Positions 19,688-28,516 of a DNA stretch of 64,000 bases are shown one piece after another. This DNA is from a bacterium. GTDB taxonomy: Bacteria; Zhuqueibacterota; Zhuqueibacteria; Residuimicrobiales; Krinioviventaceae. Numbering within the stretch: position 1 is the stretch's first letter; every line of letters begins with the position of its first letter. Below the pieces are notes generated by a model. It saw nothing but the letters and a program-made list of their open reading frames with translations, did not search any database and was not told the origin of the DNA. The stretch is from contig OY843751.1 in the NCBI GenBank assembly GCA_963693055.1, positions 5,952,001 through 6,016,000 on the forward strand. Direction: 5' to 3'. Both the position numbers and the translations under genes were made by a program.

Positions 19688-20749
19688 ATGAAAAAAATCA
19701 AGGGAAAAGGTAATGTAACCAGACGTCAATTTATTGGAACTGGTACCGCAGCAACTGTCTTGACTGCGGGTGTATTGACTTCAAGTTGTTCTTCCAAACC
19801 AACACCAATGGCTACCGGTGTCGGAAAACCCAACTCTAAATTTGGCGGTGTTCAGATAGGTGCCTCAACTTATAGTATTCGTGGAATCAATCCATCAAAT
19901 GTGGACGAACTGTTAAAAGCCTGTATTGAGGCAGGCCTGAGTTCTATAGAATTCAGACAAACAAACCTTGCTGAAGAATGGTGTGGCGCACCCAAGGCTT
20001 TAAGACCCCCCATTAGACCCGGGCAAAGAGGATATGAACGGTTCAGAGCTCAACAAGAACGTGATTTAACAGAAGAAGAATATGCCGATCTTGAAAAAAA
20101 GGCCGCAGATTCAAGAGAAGCCTTAAAACAGTGGCGTTTATCCGCTCCCATGGATAAATTTGCAGAACTTGCCCAAATGTACAGGGCTGCCGGGGTAGAC
20201 ATCCACCTTATGAAATGGACCCCGGGCAGCTGGTCACTGGAAGAAATTGACTATGCATTCAAAGCTAACAAAGCCATGAATGTAAAGGGAATTACAGAAG
20301 AAATGAGACTGGAAACAGCCAAAAAAATGGGCCCGATTGCCGAAAAATACGGTTTGTATGCCGTCATGCATAACCATTATCAATACGCAGAAGAAGGATT
20401 CAACGTAGAAGATATTCTTGCCGTTTCACCAAGTATCATGTTGAATTTTGATGTTGGCCACTATTGGGGTTCAACCGGCATTAACCCCTGTGATTTCATT
20501 GAAAAATATCATGATCGGATTTACAGTTTGCACATCAAAGATAAAACCGGTCTCAATACAGAGCCACCCAATGCAAACCAGGTTTGGGGACAAGGTGATA
20601 CACCGTTAGAAGAAATATTGTTACTGATTAAAAACAAATATCCTCAAATCTATTGCGACATCGAACTGGAATACAGGATCGCTGCCTGGTCAAATTCTGT
20701 CAAGGAAACCAGAACCTGTGTTAACTATGCGCGCAATATTTTAATCTAA
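19688..20749 (+). CDS. Tat-exported sugar phosphate isomerase/epimerase (xylose-isomerase-like TIM barrel)
   Basis: TRRQFI; FGGVQIGASTYS, HNH, FDVGH, LHIKDK, IELEY. Confidence 0.85.
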   Translation: MKKIKGKGNVTRRQFIGTGTAATVLTAGVLTSSCSSKPTPMATGVGKPNSKFGGVQIGASTYSIRGINPSNVDELLKACIEAGLSSIEFRQTNLAEEWCGAPKALRPPIRPGQRGYERFRAQQERDLTEEEYADLEKKAADSREALKQWRLSAPMDKFAELAQMYRAAGVDIHLMKWTPGSWSLEEIDYAFKANKAMNVKGITEEMRLETAKKMGPIAEKYGLYAVMHNHYQYAEEGFNVEDILAVSPSIMLNFDVGHYWGSTGINPCDFIEKYHDRIYSLHIKDKTGLNTEPPNANQVWGQGDTPLEEILLLIKNKYPQIYCDIELEYRIAAWSNSVKETRTCVNYARNILI

Positions 20750-20772
20750 TACTGTACATTTACCTCTAGTAT

Positions 20773-20803
20773 GATCGTGACGGAGATTATCTCCGTCACG
20801 ATC
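20773..20803. repeat. 31-bp palindrome family, copy 2 (perfect)
   Basis: GATCGTGACGGAGAT-T-ATCTCCGTCACGATC. Confidence 0.92.
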
Positions 20804-21110
20804 TTTCAAATTAACTTTTTTACAAAAGGCTGGCTGATACGGCCTACCCTCCCAACAACAATCTCTACAACTCGATTTACCGGTATAGCTTTTCATTCAC
20901 AAGACTGTTAAATACTAAAGCCGCTCTGTTTACCCTTTGACACATCAGACCGAGTAATTATTAAAATTTTCAATTCTCCTGTTGTTTTTTTATCATACAT
21001 TATATATTTTAAATGCCAGTGTGTTATTTTCAGAAATACTGGTATTCAAGAAAATCTTAGAAAACCATCTATTATATTGTTTTCCGTTCTTTAATTAAAC
21101 AGGAGTAAAC

Positions 21111-22190
21111 ATGGAATCTATCCGGAACGTTATTGACTATACGGTATTCAATAATTCAGTCGGTCAATATCTACTGCTCAGCGGCGCCATTGTATTGGCA
21201 ATTATAGTAGGCAGGATTGTCTATTTTTTCTTTAAAACTTCTCTGCGCAGAATCGCACAAAAATCAAAAACCAAATTCGACGACTATCTCATTGATATTA
21301 TAGAGGAACCCATCGTTCTGCTGATCGTCAGTGGAGGCGTTTGGGTTGGGGCCCGGTTTCTGACACTGAACGAAGGCGGAATCAAATTCTTTCATAATGT
21401 AGTGATTACCCTGCTTGCCATTACCGCTACCTGGTTTCTGGTACGGTTCTTTGATATGCTGATCACCGCCTATATTGAACCGATAACCGAAAAATCAAAA
21501 AGCAAACTTGACGACCAGATCCTGCCCATCGTCCGTAAATCCGTAAAAACGGTTATTCTGGTCCTGGGAGGTATCATCATCCTGTCAAATCTGGGATATG
21601 ATATCTTGTCCATTCTGGCTGGCATTGGTATTGGTGGTTTGGCCATTGCCCTGGCAGCCCAGGATGCAGTCAAGAATATTATCGGTGGTATTACCATCTT
21701 TTGGGACAAGCCGTTCCAGATTGACGACTGGATTGAGATCAGCGGTAAATCCGGTTCCGTGCTTGAAGTAGGTATGCGAAGCACCCGTATCAAAACCGTA
21801 GGCGGCACGCATGTGGTCATCCCCAACAGCGCGATTGTGGATACCGTTGTGGAAAACTATTCCAAGCGCGAGCGACGCCGGATGGTGGTGAACATTGGTT
21901 TGGTCTATGAAACAACCGCAGATGATATGGATAAAGCCATGGATATTGTGAGAAAAACCATCGCTGATATTGAAGGTATTGACAGCGACGATACCGAAGT
22001 CAGATTTACCAACTTTGGTGCTTTTTCCCTTGATCTGGAAATTGTCTACTGGATCACGGACAGCAGTAACTGGAAGATCATTGTTCACAAGGTCAATATG
22101 GGTATCAAACGCAATCTGGATGAAGCCGGTATTGAAATGGCGTTCCCAACGGAAACCCATTATGTTATTAATCAGAACAGCGTGAAATGA
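21111..22190 (+). CDS. MscS family mechanosensitive channel
   Basis: GIGGLAIALAAQDAVKN, KPFQIDDWI, GMRSTRI, IPNS, GIEMAFPT. Confidence 0.93.
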   Translation: MESIRNVIDYTVFNNSVGQYLLLSGAIVLAIIVGRIVYFFFKTSLRRIAQKSKTKFDDYLIDIIEEPIVLLIVSGGVWVGARFLTLNEGGIKFFHNVVITLLAITATWFLVRFFDMLITAYIEPITEKSKSKLDDQILPIVRKSVKTVILVLGGIIILSNLGYDILSILAGIGIGGLAIALAAQDAVKNIIGGITIFWDKPFQIDDWIEISGKSGSVLEVGMRSTRIKTVGGTHVVIPNSAIVDTVVENYSKRERRRMVVNIGLVYETTADDMDKAMDIVRKTIADIEGIDSDDTEVRFTNFGAFSLDLEIVYWITDSSNWKIIVHKVNMGIKRNLDEAGIEMAFPTETHYVINQNSVK

Positions 22191-22507
22191 TCAATACCAT
22201 GCTTGACATATAAATATTTTATCGTATTTTCAGATATAGGATAAACCCGTCACTTATAAGCCCTTTTTTGCAGAGGCTGTTTATATTCATTGACCTGGTT
22301 AATAACCACTTGATTTCAGGTATCCGATACACCTCGGGGTATGCCTTGGTATATTTAATACTGGATTTTTTCCAGTGTGAGCTTGAAATATTTTAACCAT
22401 ACATAAAGAATTCCTGGTATAGGAGGGCCAGGCCATTTCGTAAAACAGGCAAAGGGTGGGAGCCCTTTACGATTAAAGTTATAAATACAACTTGAGGGAA
22501 AAATAAA

Positions 22508-23653
22508 ATGAAAAAAATTTTACTGACCATTTTATTGGCAGGGTTGTGTAGTATGGTGTTTGCACAGATTGAAATCATGGATAACACAGATAACCTTACC
22601 AAAGAGATCTGGGAGCTTGGTACTCACACTAATGGTGAAATTGCTATCATCTTTACGACTAACGCAACTCCATACAATTTACACAGTGTAACTCTGGTAC
22701 TCTATTCTTGGGCACCAGCTACTTCGGACGTTACATTTAGTATACAGCAGGCTTATGGCGATAATATACCAACAGGCCCTGTTTTGGCCTCTGAAACTTT
22801 TTCTAATCAAACTATTCCAGTTGTAGAAACCTATACAACCTTTACTTTTTCCAGTTTAAACAGCTACGCTTTTAGTGCAAATACAAAATATGCGCTTGTG
22901 ATAAGCACGTCTGAGAAGATTTCAATGTACCAGATTGACGGTATCGTGCTGCCAACATCAAGCTATTATACTGTGCACCATACCATACAATATGCTAGTG
23001 GTTGGTTCCCTTTTAATTCTTTTGCAATCAGAATAATGGGCACAGAGGGTGCTCTCCCCGTAGAGCTTTCTTCCTTTTCGGCAAAAAGTGAAAGCCGTTC
23101 CGTAGTTCTGGACTGGTTGACGGAATCCGAATCAGACAACCTGGGTTTTATCCTCGAACGATCAGATGATAACAATTCGTGGCAAACCATTGCCTCACAC
23201 CAGACCCATCCTGCCCTGCAGGGACAAGGCAATACATCGGACCGAACGGATTATTCTTTTACAGACAAGATGGTAGAACCCGATAAAACGTATTATTACC
23301 GTCTCTCGGATATCAGTACAAAAGGCGAAACCTCGGCTCTCTCTTCTGTATCCGTAAAAACAGACAAACTTCCTGAAACAACCGAAATGAAAAATGCGTA
23401 TCCCAACCCATTCAATCCACAGACAAAGATTGCTTACAATCTGGCAATTGACACAAATGTAAACATTTCCGTGTTCGACCTGTTGGGACGACAGGTGAAA
23501 TCCCTTTTTAATGGAAACCAGACTGCCGGAAGTCATCATGTCTACTGGAATGCGACGAATGAAACCGGCAGCAATGTCCCCAGCGGTTGTTATCTCATCC
23601 GCATGCAAGCGGGAAATACGACACAGATGCAAAAGGTTATATTGATGAAATAA
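22508..23653 (+). CDS. secreted protein with variable N-terminal domain and FlgD/T9SS-type CTD (paralog B)
   Basis: same length (381 aa) and architecture as 17548-18693; long identical nucleotide tracts in the 3' third. Confidence 0.85.
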   Translation: MKKILLTILLAGLCSMVFAQIEIMDNTDNLTKEIWELGTHTNGEIAIIFTTNATPYNLHSVTLVLYSWAPATSDVTFSIQQAYGDNIPTGPVLASETFSNQTIPVVETYTTFTFSSLNSYAFSANTKYALVISTSEKISMYQIDGIVLPTSSYYTVHHTIQYASGWFPFNSFAIRIMGTEGALPVELSSFSAKSESRSVVLDWLTESESDNLGFILERSDDNNSWQTIASHQTHPALQGQGNTSDRTDYSFTDKMVEPDKTYYYRLSDISTKGETSALSSVSVKTDKLPETTEMKNAYPNPFNPQTKIAYNLAIDTNVNISVFDLLGRQVKSLFNGNQTAGSHHVYWNATNETGSNVPSGCYLIRMQAGNTTQMQKVILMK

Positions 23654-23692
23654 GGAAATTTTTCCAGTAGGTTTTGAAAAAACAGCTATTCA

Positions 23693-23723
23693 GATCGTGA
23701 CGGGGATAATCTCCGTCACAGTC
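23693..23723. repeat. 31-bp palindrome family, copy 3
   Basis: GATCGTGACGGGGATAATCTCCGTCACAGTC. Confidence 0.88.
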
Positions 23724-23845
23724 CTTTGTATTACGTACGCTATCATCCGGGGGACGGTTGTAAAAGATCACGGCTTTAAAATATCAACAATTCTCCTACC
23801 CAAATAACACTTTTGCGGGAGATTTTCTGTTTCTTTCAACAGACA

Positions 23846-23937
23846 CCGGGAGGTGAAATCTTTGCTACCTCTAAAACAGAAAAAGACCGGATAAACCGAA
23901 CTGAAAGTACTGTCCAAGGGTGCAAGGCTTCGAATCC
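23846..23937 (-). repeat. decayed direct repeat of the tRNA-Gln 3' end, terminator and flank (att-like scar)
   Basis: aligns to 32531-32620 at about 65/92 positions by hand, including GGGTGCAAGGCTTCGAATCC vs GGGTGCAGGGATTCGAACCC. Confidence 0.8.
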
Positions 23938-24058
23938 ACCGATAGAGAAACAACATTCCCCGGTTTCCTCATAATACTTTTTCATTGATTCTTTAAAGAA
24001 ATATGATTAATTACTATTACTTTTTAACAAAATACCGATATATGTAAGGGATACCAGA

Positions 24059-25567
24059 ATGGATCTTCGATTGTATATACTCTGCCTTACCCTGTGTCTT
24101 GGGATGATTGCCACGGCTTGCTACGCTGAATCGACCCCGGATACAGCAACCCATATTGTTACTCTCAAACAGGCACATGTAGGCAGCCTGGAAATAGACT
24201 CGCTTCTTCTGGACAGTTTTGAACGTCTGCCGGAAGCACAACGCTCTTTTTACCTAAAGGCCCGTGAAATCCTTGCAAGCTGTCCTGACGCCACACTTAG
24301 CGATCCCAAAATCATCAAAGCCGCCAAAAAGGCCGGTCTTGCCCTCATCAGCGGACCGATGTTGGGTGATGTTTCAGAGAGCGATATTACCATCTGGTTT
24401 CGTCCGGTCCTTGCTGAAGCTTTGAAAGTAAATGTCACAGATAAAGAAGGAAATCAAAAGTCTTTCCCTGTCGAGGTTACCCAGCCCGGAGCGGCCACCC
24501 GGGTCAGGATTACCGGATTGTCGGCAAACACCCCATACCTCTACCAGATCGTTAACAGTGCAGGTGCTGTTTTAGGCAATGGCTCTTTTCACACTGCTCC
24601 TGAACCGAATACCACAGACACCATGCGCATTGCTTTTGGTTCGTGCTATCACAAGATCGGTGTTCACAATCCCAATTTGATGCGATTGATTGTAGAGCGC
24701 GGCAATCTTGCCATGCTGCTTTTGGGTGATATAGCAGTGGATGACCGGGAAACCAACACCCATATGCACTATGCCGATTATCTTTTACGAGACGTTTCAA
24801 AACCGTGGCGAACATTTTCTGCCAATATTCCGGTCTATGCCAGTTGGGATGATCACGATTATCTGAACAATGACAAATCCGGTCTTCAAAAAGGTCAGAT
24901 AACAAACATGCAGCGTAACGCGCTGCGGAAACTCTGGCAGGAAAACTGGGTCAATCCCCAGACGTCTGTCACAGATCGCGGCATCTATTTCAACACCGTC
25001 ATTGGCGATGTGGAAATCATCATGCTCGATACCCGCTCTTGCCGAAACTGGCAGAAACGGGAACAGCGCGGTTCCTACCTTGGTGATACACAAATGCAAT
25101 GGCTTTTTAAAACCCTCAAGGCATCCAAAGCCCGGTTTATCATTCTGACCAGCGGCACCATGTGGAGCGACTATATGTCCAAAGCAAAGGACTCGTGGGG
25201 CAGTTGGGACATTCCGGGACGAGAAGAGATCTATAACTTTATAGAAGAGAACCAGATAGGCGGTGTATTGCTTCTAAGTGGCGACCGTCACGGCGCACGC
25301 AGTTTCAAGATTAAACGGCCATCGGGTTTTGCGCTGCATGAATTTGAAGCTGCAACCCTGGGCGGTGTTCCCGGTCCGGACGCGTTTGCCCCGGACAAAT
25401 CGGCACAGCTCTTTGGATACAAAGGCGGATTGATCGCGTTTGGTGAATTCACTTTTGACATGAACAAAGCGGATCCCACAGTGACATTTCGCCTGATCAA
25501 TGAAGCTGGGACGGAGCTTGAAAAGCATACCTTTCGCTGTTCCCAGCTTACTCCTCAGAAACAGTAA
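24059..25567 (+). CDS. alkaline phosphatase D (PhoD) family metallophosphoesterase
   Basis: IAFGSC, LLGD, WDDHD, MLDTR, LSGDRH; N-terminal purple-acid-phosphatase-like Ig domain; signal peptide. Confidence 0.9.
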   Translation: MDLRLYILCLTLCLGMIATACYAESTPDTATHIVTLKQAHVGSLEIDSLLLDSFERLPEAQRSFYLKAREILASCPDATLSDPKIIKAAKKAGLALISGPMLGDVSESDITIWFRPVLAEALKVNVTDKEGNQKSFPVEVTQPGAATRVRITGLSANTPYLYQIVNSAGAVLGNGSFHTAPEPNTTDTMRIAFGSCYHKIGVHNPNLMRLIVERGNLAMLLLGDIAVDDRETNTHMHYADYLLRDVSKPWRTFSANIPVYASWDDHDYLNNDKSGLQKGQITNMQRNALRKLWQENWVNPQTSVTDRGIYFNTVIGDVEIIMLDTRSCRNWQKREQRGSYLGDTQMQWLFKTLKASKARFIILTSGTMWSDYMSKAKDSWGSWDIPGREEIYNFIEENQIGGVLLLSGDRHGARSFKIKRPSGFALHEFEAATLGGVPGPDAFAPDKSAQLFGYKGGLIAFGEFTFDMNKADPTVTFRLINEAGTELEKHTFRCSQLTPQKQ

Positions 25568-25579
25568 CTGCTTTTTACT

Positions 25580-25610
25580 GATCGTGACGGAGAGTATCTC
25601 TGTCACGATC
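25580..25610. repeat. 31-bp palindrome family, copy 4
   Basis: GATCGTGACGGAGAGTATCTCTGTCACGATC. Confidence 0.9.
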
Positions 25611-25664
25611 TTTGATATTCCTATAATCGTTGAGAACAAATGATCAAAAAAGAAAAAACCATAA

Positions 25665-26258
25665 ATGAAAATGAATTTTAAAAAATATCTTGGTGAAGGG
25701 TTTCTAATTGTATTTAGTGTTCTTTTTGCCCTTTATATTAACAAAACATATGAAAAGGCAAAAACAACCAGCGCTAAAAACAATGCCATCAAACAAATCA
25801 AAGCAGAGTTGTTAGAAAATCAAAATACATTAGATGACTGGATAGCAGACCATAAAACTATACTCGAAAATCTAAACCATTTGATCGAAAGTAAAAATGA
25901 CAGTATTCAAATAATTGTCAAAAATAATAGTTATATACCTACACAAACCCTTTTAGCCAATAAAAATCTAATGAGCAAACCCTTGTCAAATTCAGCATGG
26001 AGTTCTGCCCAATCTATTGGAATCATATCAGAATTTGATTTTCAGACATTAAAAAACATTAACGAAACCTATGCATTGCAGCAGTTAATACTGGAAACCT
26101 CTATTGAAAAAATTGCGGAAAGATTTCTTTTAAAATCAAATGATGTTGAAAATACAAAAGCTCTGCTGATTGAATTCAGATTACGGTTCCAGAATTTACA
26201 AGGTCAGGAAACTAGATTACAACAGTTGTATAATGAAACAATCGAAATACTGGAATAA
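25665..26258 (+). CDS. hypothetical membrane-anchored helical protein (DUF6090-like)
   Basis: KYLGEGFLIVFSVLFALYIN N-terminal anchor followed by a coiled coil. Confidence 0.6.
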   Translation: MKMNFKKYLGEGFLIVFSVLFALYINKTYEKAKTTSAKNNAIKQIKAELLENQNTLDDWIADHKTILENLNHLIESKNDSIQIIVKNNSYIPTQTLLANKNLMSKPLSNSAWSSAQSIGIISEFDFQTLKNINETYALQQLILETSIEKIAERFLLKSNDVENTKALLIEFRLRFQNLQGQETRLQQLYNETIEILE

Positions 26259-26288
26259 ATTATTACATCAATATGGATCTTTCCAACT

Positions 26289-26333
26289 GCTCATGACGAT
26301 GAGCTCATTCAAGATCTTTGATATTCCTATAAT
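26289..26333. repeat. decayed palindrome copy 5 ending in an exact 21-bp direct repeat
   Basis: GATCTTTGATATTCCTATAAT at both 25607-25627 and 26313-26333. Confidence 0.8.
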
Positions 26334-26407
26334 ACACCTCCGTGTGGTAATAAAACACGTTATTAAAATTAGGTTAATGATTTATTATTTTGTTCAAGGA
26401 TTTTATT

Positions 26408-27118
26408 TTGAAAAGGTTTGATTTCAAAGTCGGTACTATTCCCTCGATTTTATGGGGAGAAAAATCAGAAAATATCTTTATAGCCATTCACGGGAATATG
26501 TCAAATAAAGCGGATGATGTAATTGCTATTTTTGCGCAAGAAGCGGTTAATTCGGGTTACCAGGTTCTAAGTTTTGATTTGCCAAAACATGGAGATCGTA
26601 AAAATGAAGCAACTCTCTGCAAAGTTCAAAACTGTGTCAAAGAGCTTGATGTCATATTGGAATACGCAAAATCAATTTCAAATAACGTGAGTGTCTTTGG
26701 TTGCAGTATTGGAGCGTATTTGAGTCTTTTAGCATATAAACATGAAGCGCTGCGACAAGCAATGTTACTGTCTCCAATTGTTAATATGGAATCCATTATT
26801 GTCAATATGATGAACATGTTTAATATAACAGAAAAAAGACTTTATGATGAAAAAGAAATTGCAACGCCCATCGGTGAGGTCCTCTATTGGGATTATTATT
26901 CCTTTGTTAAGGAACATCCAGTTGTTGAATGGAAAATACCAACCTCGATTTTATACGGATCAAAAGATAATTTGACAGCTCATGATACTGTTTCTTCATT
27001 TTCCCGCCGCTTCAATTCTGATCTGACAGTATTAGAAAATGGAGAACATTTCTTTCATACAGATGAACAATTATCTTTTTTTAGACAATGGCTCCAAAAC
27101 ATCTTACAGATCACATAA
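26408..27118 (+). CDS. alpha/beta hydrolase (integron cassette ORF)
   Basis: IHG, FDLPKHG, GCSIG nucleophile elbow, GSKD, GEHFFH; TTG 26408 lies 7 nt after AAGGA (the ORF track starts at 26390). Confidence 0.88.
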   Translation: MKRFDFKVGTIPSILWGEKSENIFIAIHGNMSNKADDVIAIFAQEAVNSGYQVLSFDLPKHGDRKNEATLCKVQNCVKELDVILEYAKSISNNVSVFGCSIGAYLSLLAYKHEALRQAMLLSPIVNMESIIVNMMNMFNITEKRLYDEKEIATPIGEVLYWDYYSFVKEHPVVEWKIPTSILYGSKDNLTAHDTVSSFSRRFNSDLTVLENGEHFFHTDEQLSFFRQWLQNILQIT

Positions 27119-27122
27119 TCTA

Positions 27123-27200
27123 AAATAACAAATGCATTCACCCAACCTCCCCGCCGCTCATGCAACTCAATAGGGTTGGCTGGTGATGCTGGTGTTAAAA
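27123..27200 (+). mobile_element. integron attC site
   Basis: R'' AAATAAC, L'' GCATTCAC(C), inner stem CCAACC/GGTTGG, L' (G)GTGATGC with one extrahelical base, R' GTTAAAA; 78 bp, begins 4 nt after the hydrolase stop. Confidence 0.75.
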
Positions 27201-27345
27201 ACAATCATACTCTCATCAACAGGATTTATATGAAAATCAACTTGCAACAATGGCTCCTGGTTCTTTTATGTGTTTTTTCAAATACAGCAATTCAAGCACA
27301 AGAGCGAACCCTTTCTGGAAAGTACATGACTGTAGAGGATACAAT

Positions 27346-28383
27346 ATGAAGAAAATCATCCCTTTATTACTCTTGATGTTAATCCCATATTTTGGTGTTT
27401 TGGCACAAACGGATTTGAAACCGATTACAGAACCCATCAAAATCATTTTTGACACGGATATGGGATCTGACTGTGATGATGTAGGAGCGCTGGCCCTGTT
27501 ACATACCTATGCGGATATGGGCAAGGTTGAAATTCTTGGATGTATCTATAGCTCGGGCAAAGTACCCTATGGTGCGGGAATTGTTCAGGCAATTAACATA
27601 TATTGTGGCCGGCCCCATATACCCGTGGGTGCGAACCATAAAGACGATGTTGGTGATACTGTGGATAAAATGAGTGCGGAAAAGCTGGCAAAAGACACCG
27701 CTGCTTTCGGGAACACGATTATATCCAACACCGATGCTGTTGAACAAACACAGCTGAACAGGAAATTACTTTTAGAACAGCCGGACCATAGCGTGACCTA
27801 TATTACCGTAGGCCATACAAAAGGATTGTATGATCTGTTGGTTTCGGAAGGAGATGCCATAACGCCTTTGAACGGATTGGAACTGGTCCGAACCAAAGTC
27901 CGTCGCTGGGTGGCTTTGGGTGCGCTTGGCGCAAACAATAAAAAAAGAGAATACACGCAAGACTGGAATTTCTTTAAAAACGGCACCGCACCATATACAA
28001 AATATCTAATCGATAATGTACCGGTGCCTATGGTTTTTGTGGATGCCGGTGCTGATGTGATGACCGGTAAATCCTTAAAGCAGACACCTGCTGGCAATAT
28101 CATCCGTACAGCCTATCGGGACTGGCTTTGGTGGTATGGCAAAAAAACACTTGATGACCAAAGGCCAAGCTGGGACCTGGCCACGGTCTATTATGCGGTT
28201 GAAGGCGTTGGCGGTTTTTTGATAAACAGCGGAACCGGCTATTTAGACTTTGATCCGGATAAAGGATGTAAATGGATTCCCGACAAGAACAAACACATGC
28301 AAACCTACATCAATCAAAAGGATGGTGTTGCAAAAGACTTTGCAGATTATCTGAACATGATGATTGCCAAACCCCGGGAGTGA
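27346..28383 (+). CDS. secreted nucleoside hydrolase family protein
   Basis: IIFDTDMGSDCDDVGAL, DWNF, RPSWDL; signal peptide from ATG 27346 after GAGGA. Confidence 0.88.
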   Translation: MKKIIPLLLLMLIPYFGVLAQTDLKPITEPIKIIFDTDMGSDCDDVGALALLHTYADMGKVEILGCIYSSGKVPYGAGIVQAINIYCGRPHIPVGANHKDDVGDTVDKMSAEKLAKDTAAFGNTIISNTDAVEQTQLNRKLLLEQPDHSVTYITVGHTKGLYDLLVSEGDAITPLNGLELVRTKVRRWVALGALGANNKKREYTQDWNFFKNGTAPYTKYLIDNVPVPMVFVDAGADVMTGKSLKQTPAGNIIRTAYRDWLWWYGKKTLDDQRPSWDLATVYYAVEGVGGFLINSGTGYLDFDPDKGCKWIPDKNKHMQTYINQKDGVAKDFADYLNMMIAKPRE

Positions 28384-28485
28384 TGGATTGCGTTTTAGGG
28401 GATGATTCCTTTGAGTAATCCTCCGGGTACACCTCTCAGAGAAGATTTGATACGAGTCTCGAAACATGAACAGATAAAAAATCCC

Positions 28486-28516
28486 GATCGTGACGGAGAT
28501 AATCTCCGTCACGATC
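28486..28516. repeat. 31-bp palindrome family, copy 6 (perfect)
   Basis: GATCGTGACGGAGAT-A-ATCTCCGTCACGATC. Confidence 0.92.

Noticed and set aside
22440-22490. c-di-GMP-I riboswitch (GGCAAA..stem) upstream of paralog B
   Set aside because: It lacks the GNRA loop, the GACGCAAA junction and the second stem; only a short AAAGGG/CCCTTT hairpin is present.
17548-23653. Diversity-generating retroelement acting on the paralog pair
   Set aside because: No reverse transcriptase is present, differences are not adenine-specific, and variation is N-terminal while the C-terminus is conserved.
27250-27345. Longer starts given by the ORF track (nucleoside hydrolase 27250, GxxExxY 3235, pta 58865)
   Set aside because: Downstream starts have a better RBS, signal-peptide position or stop overlap; the extensions run through repeats or neighbouring genes.
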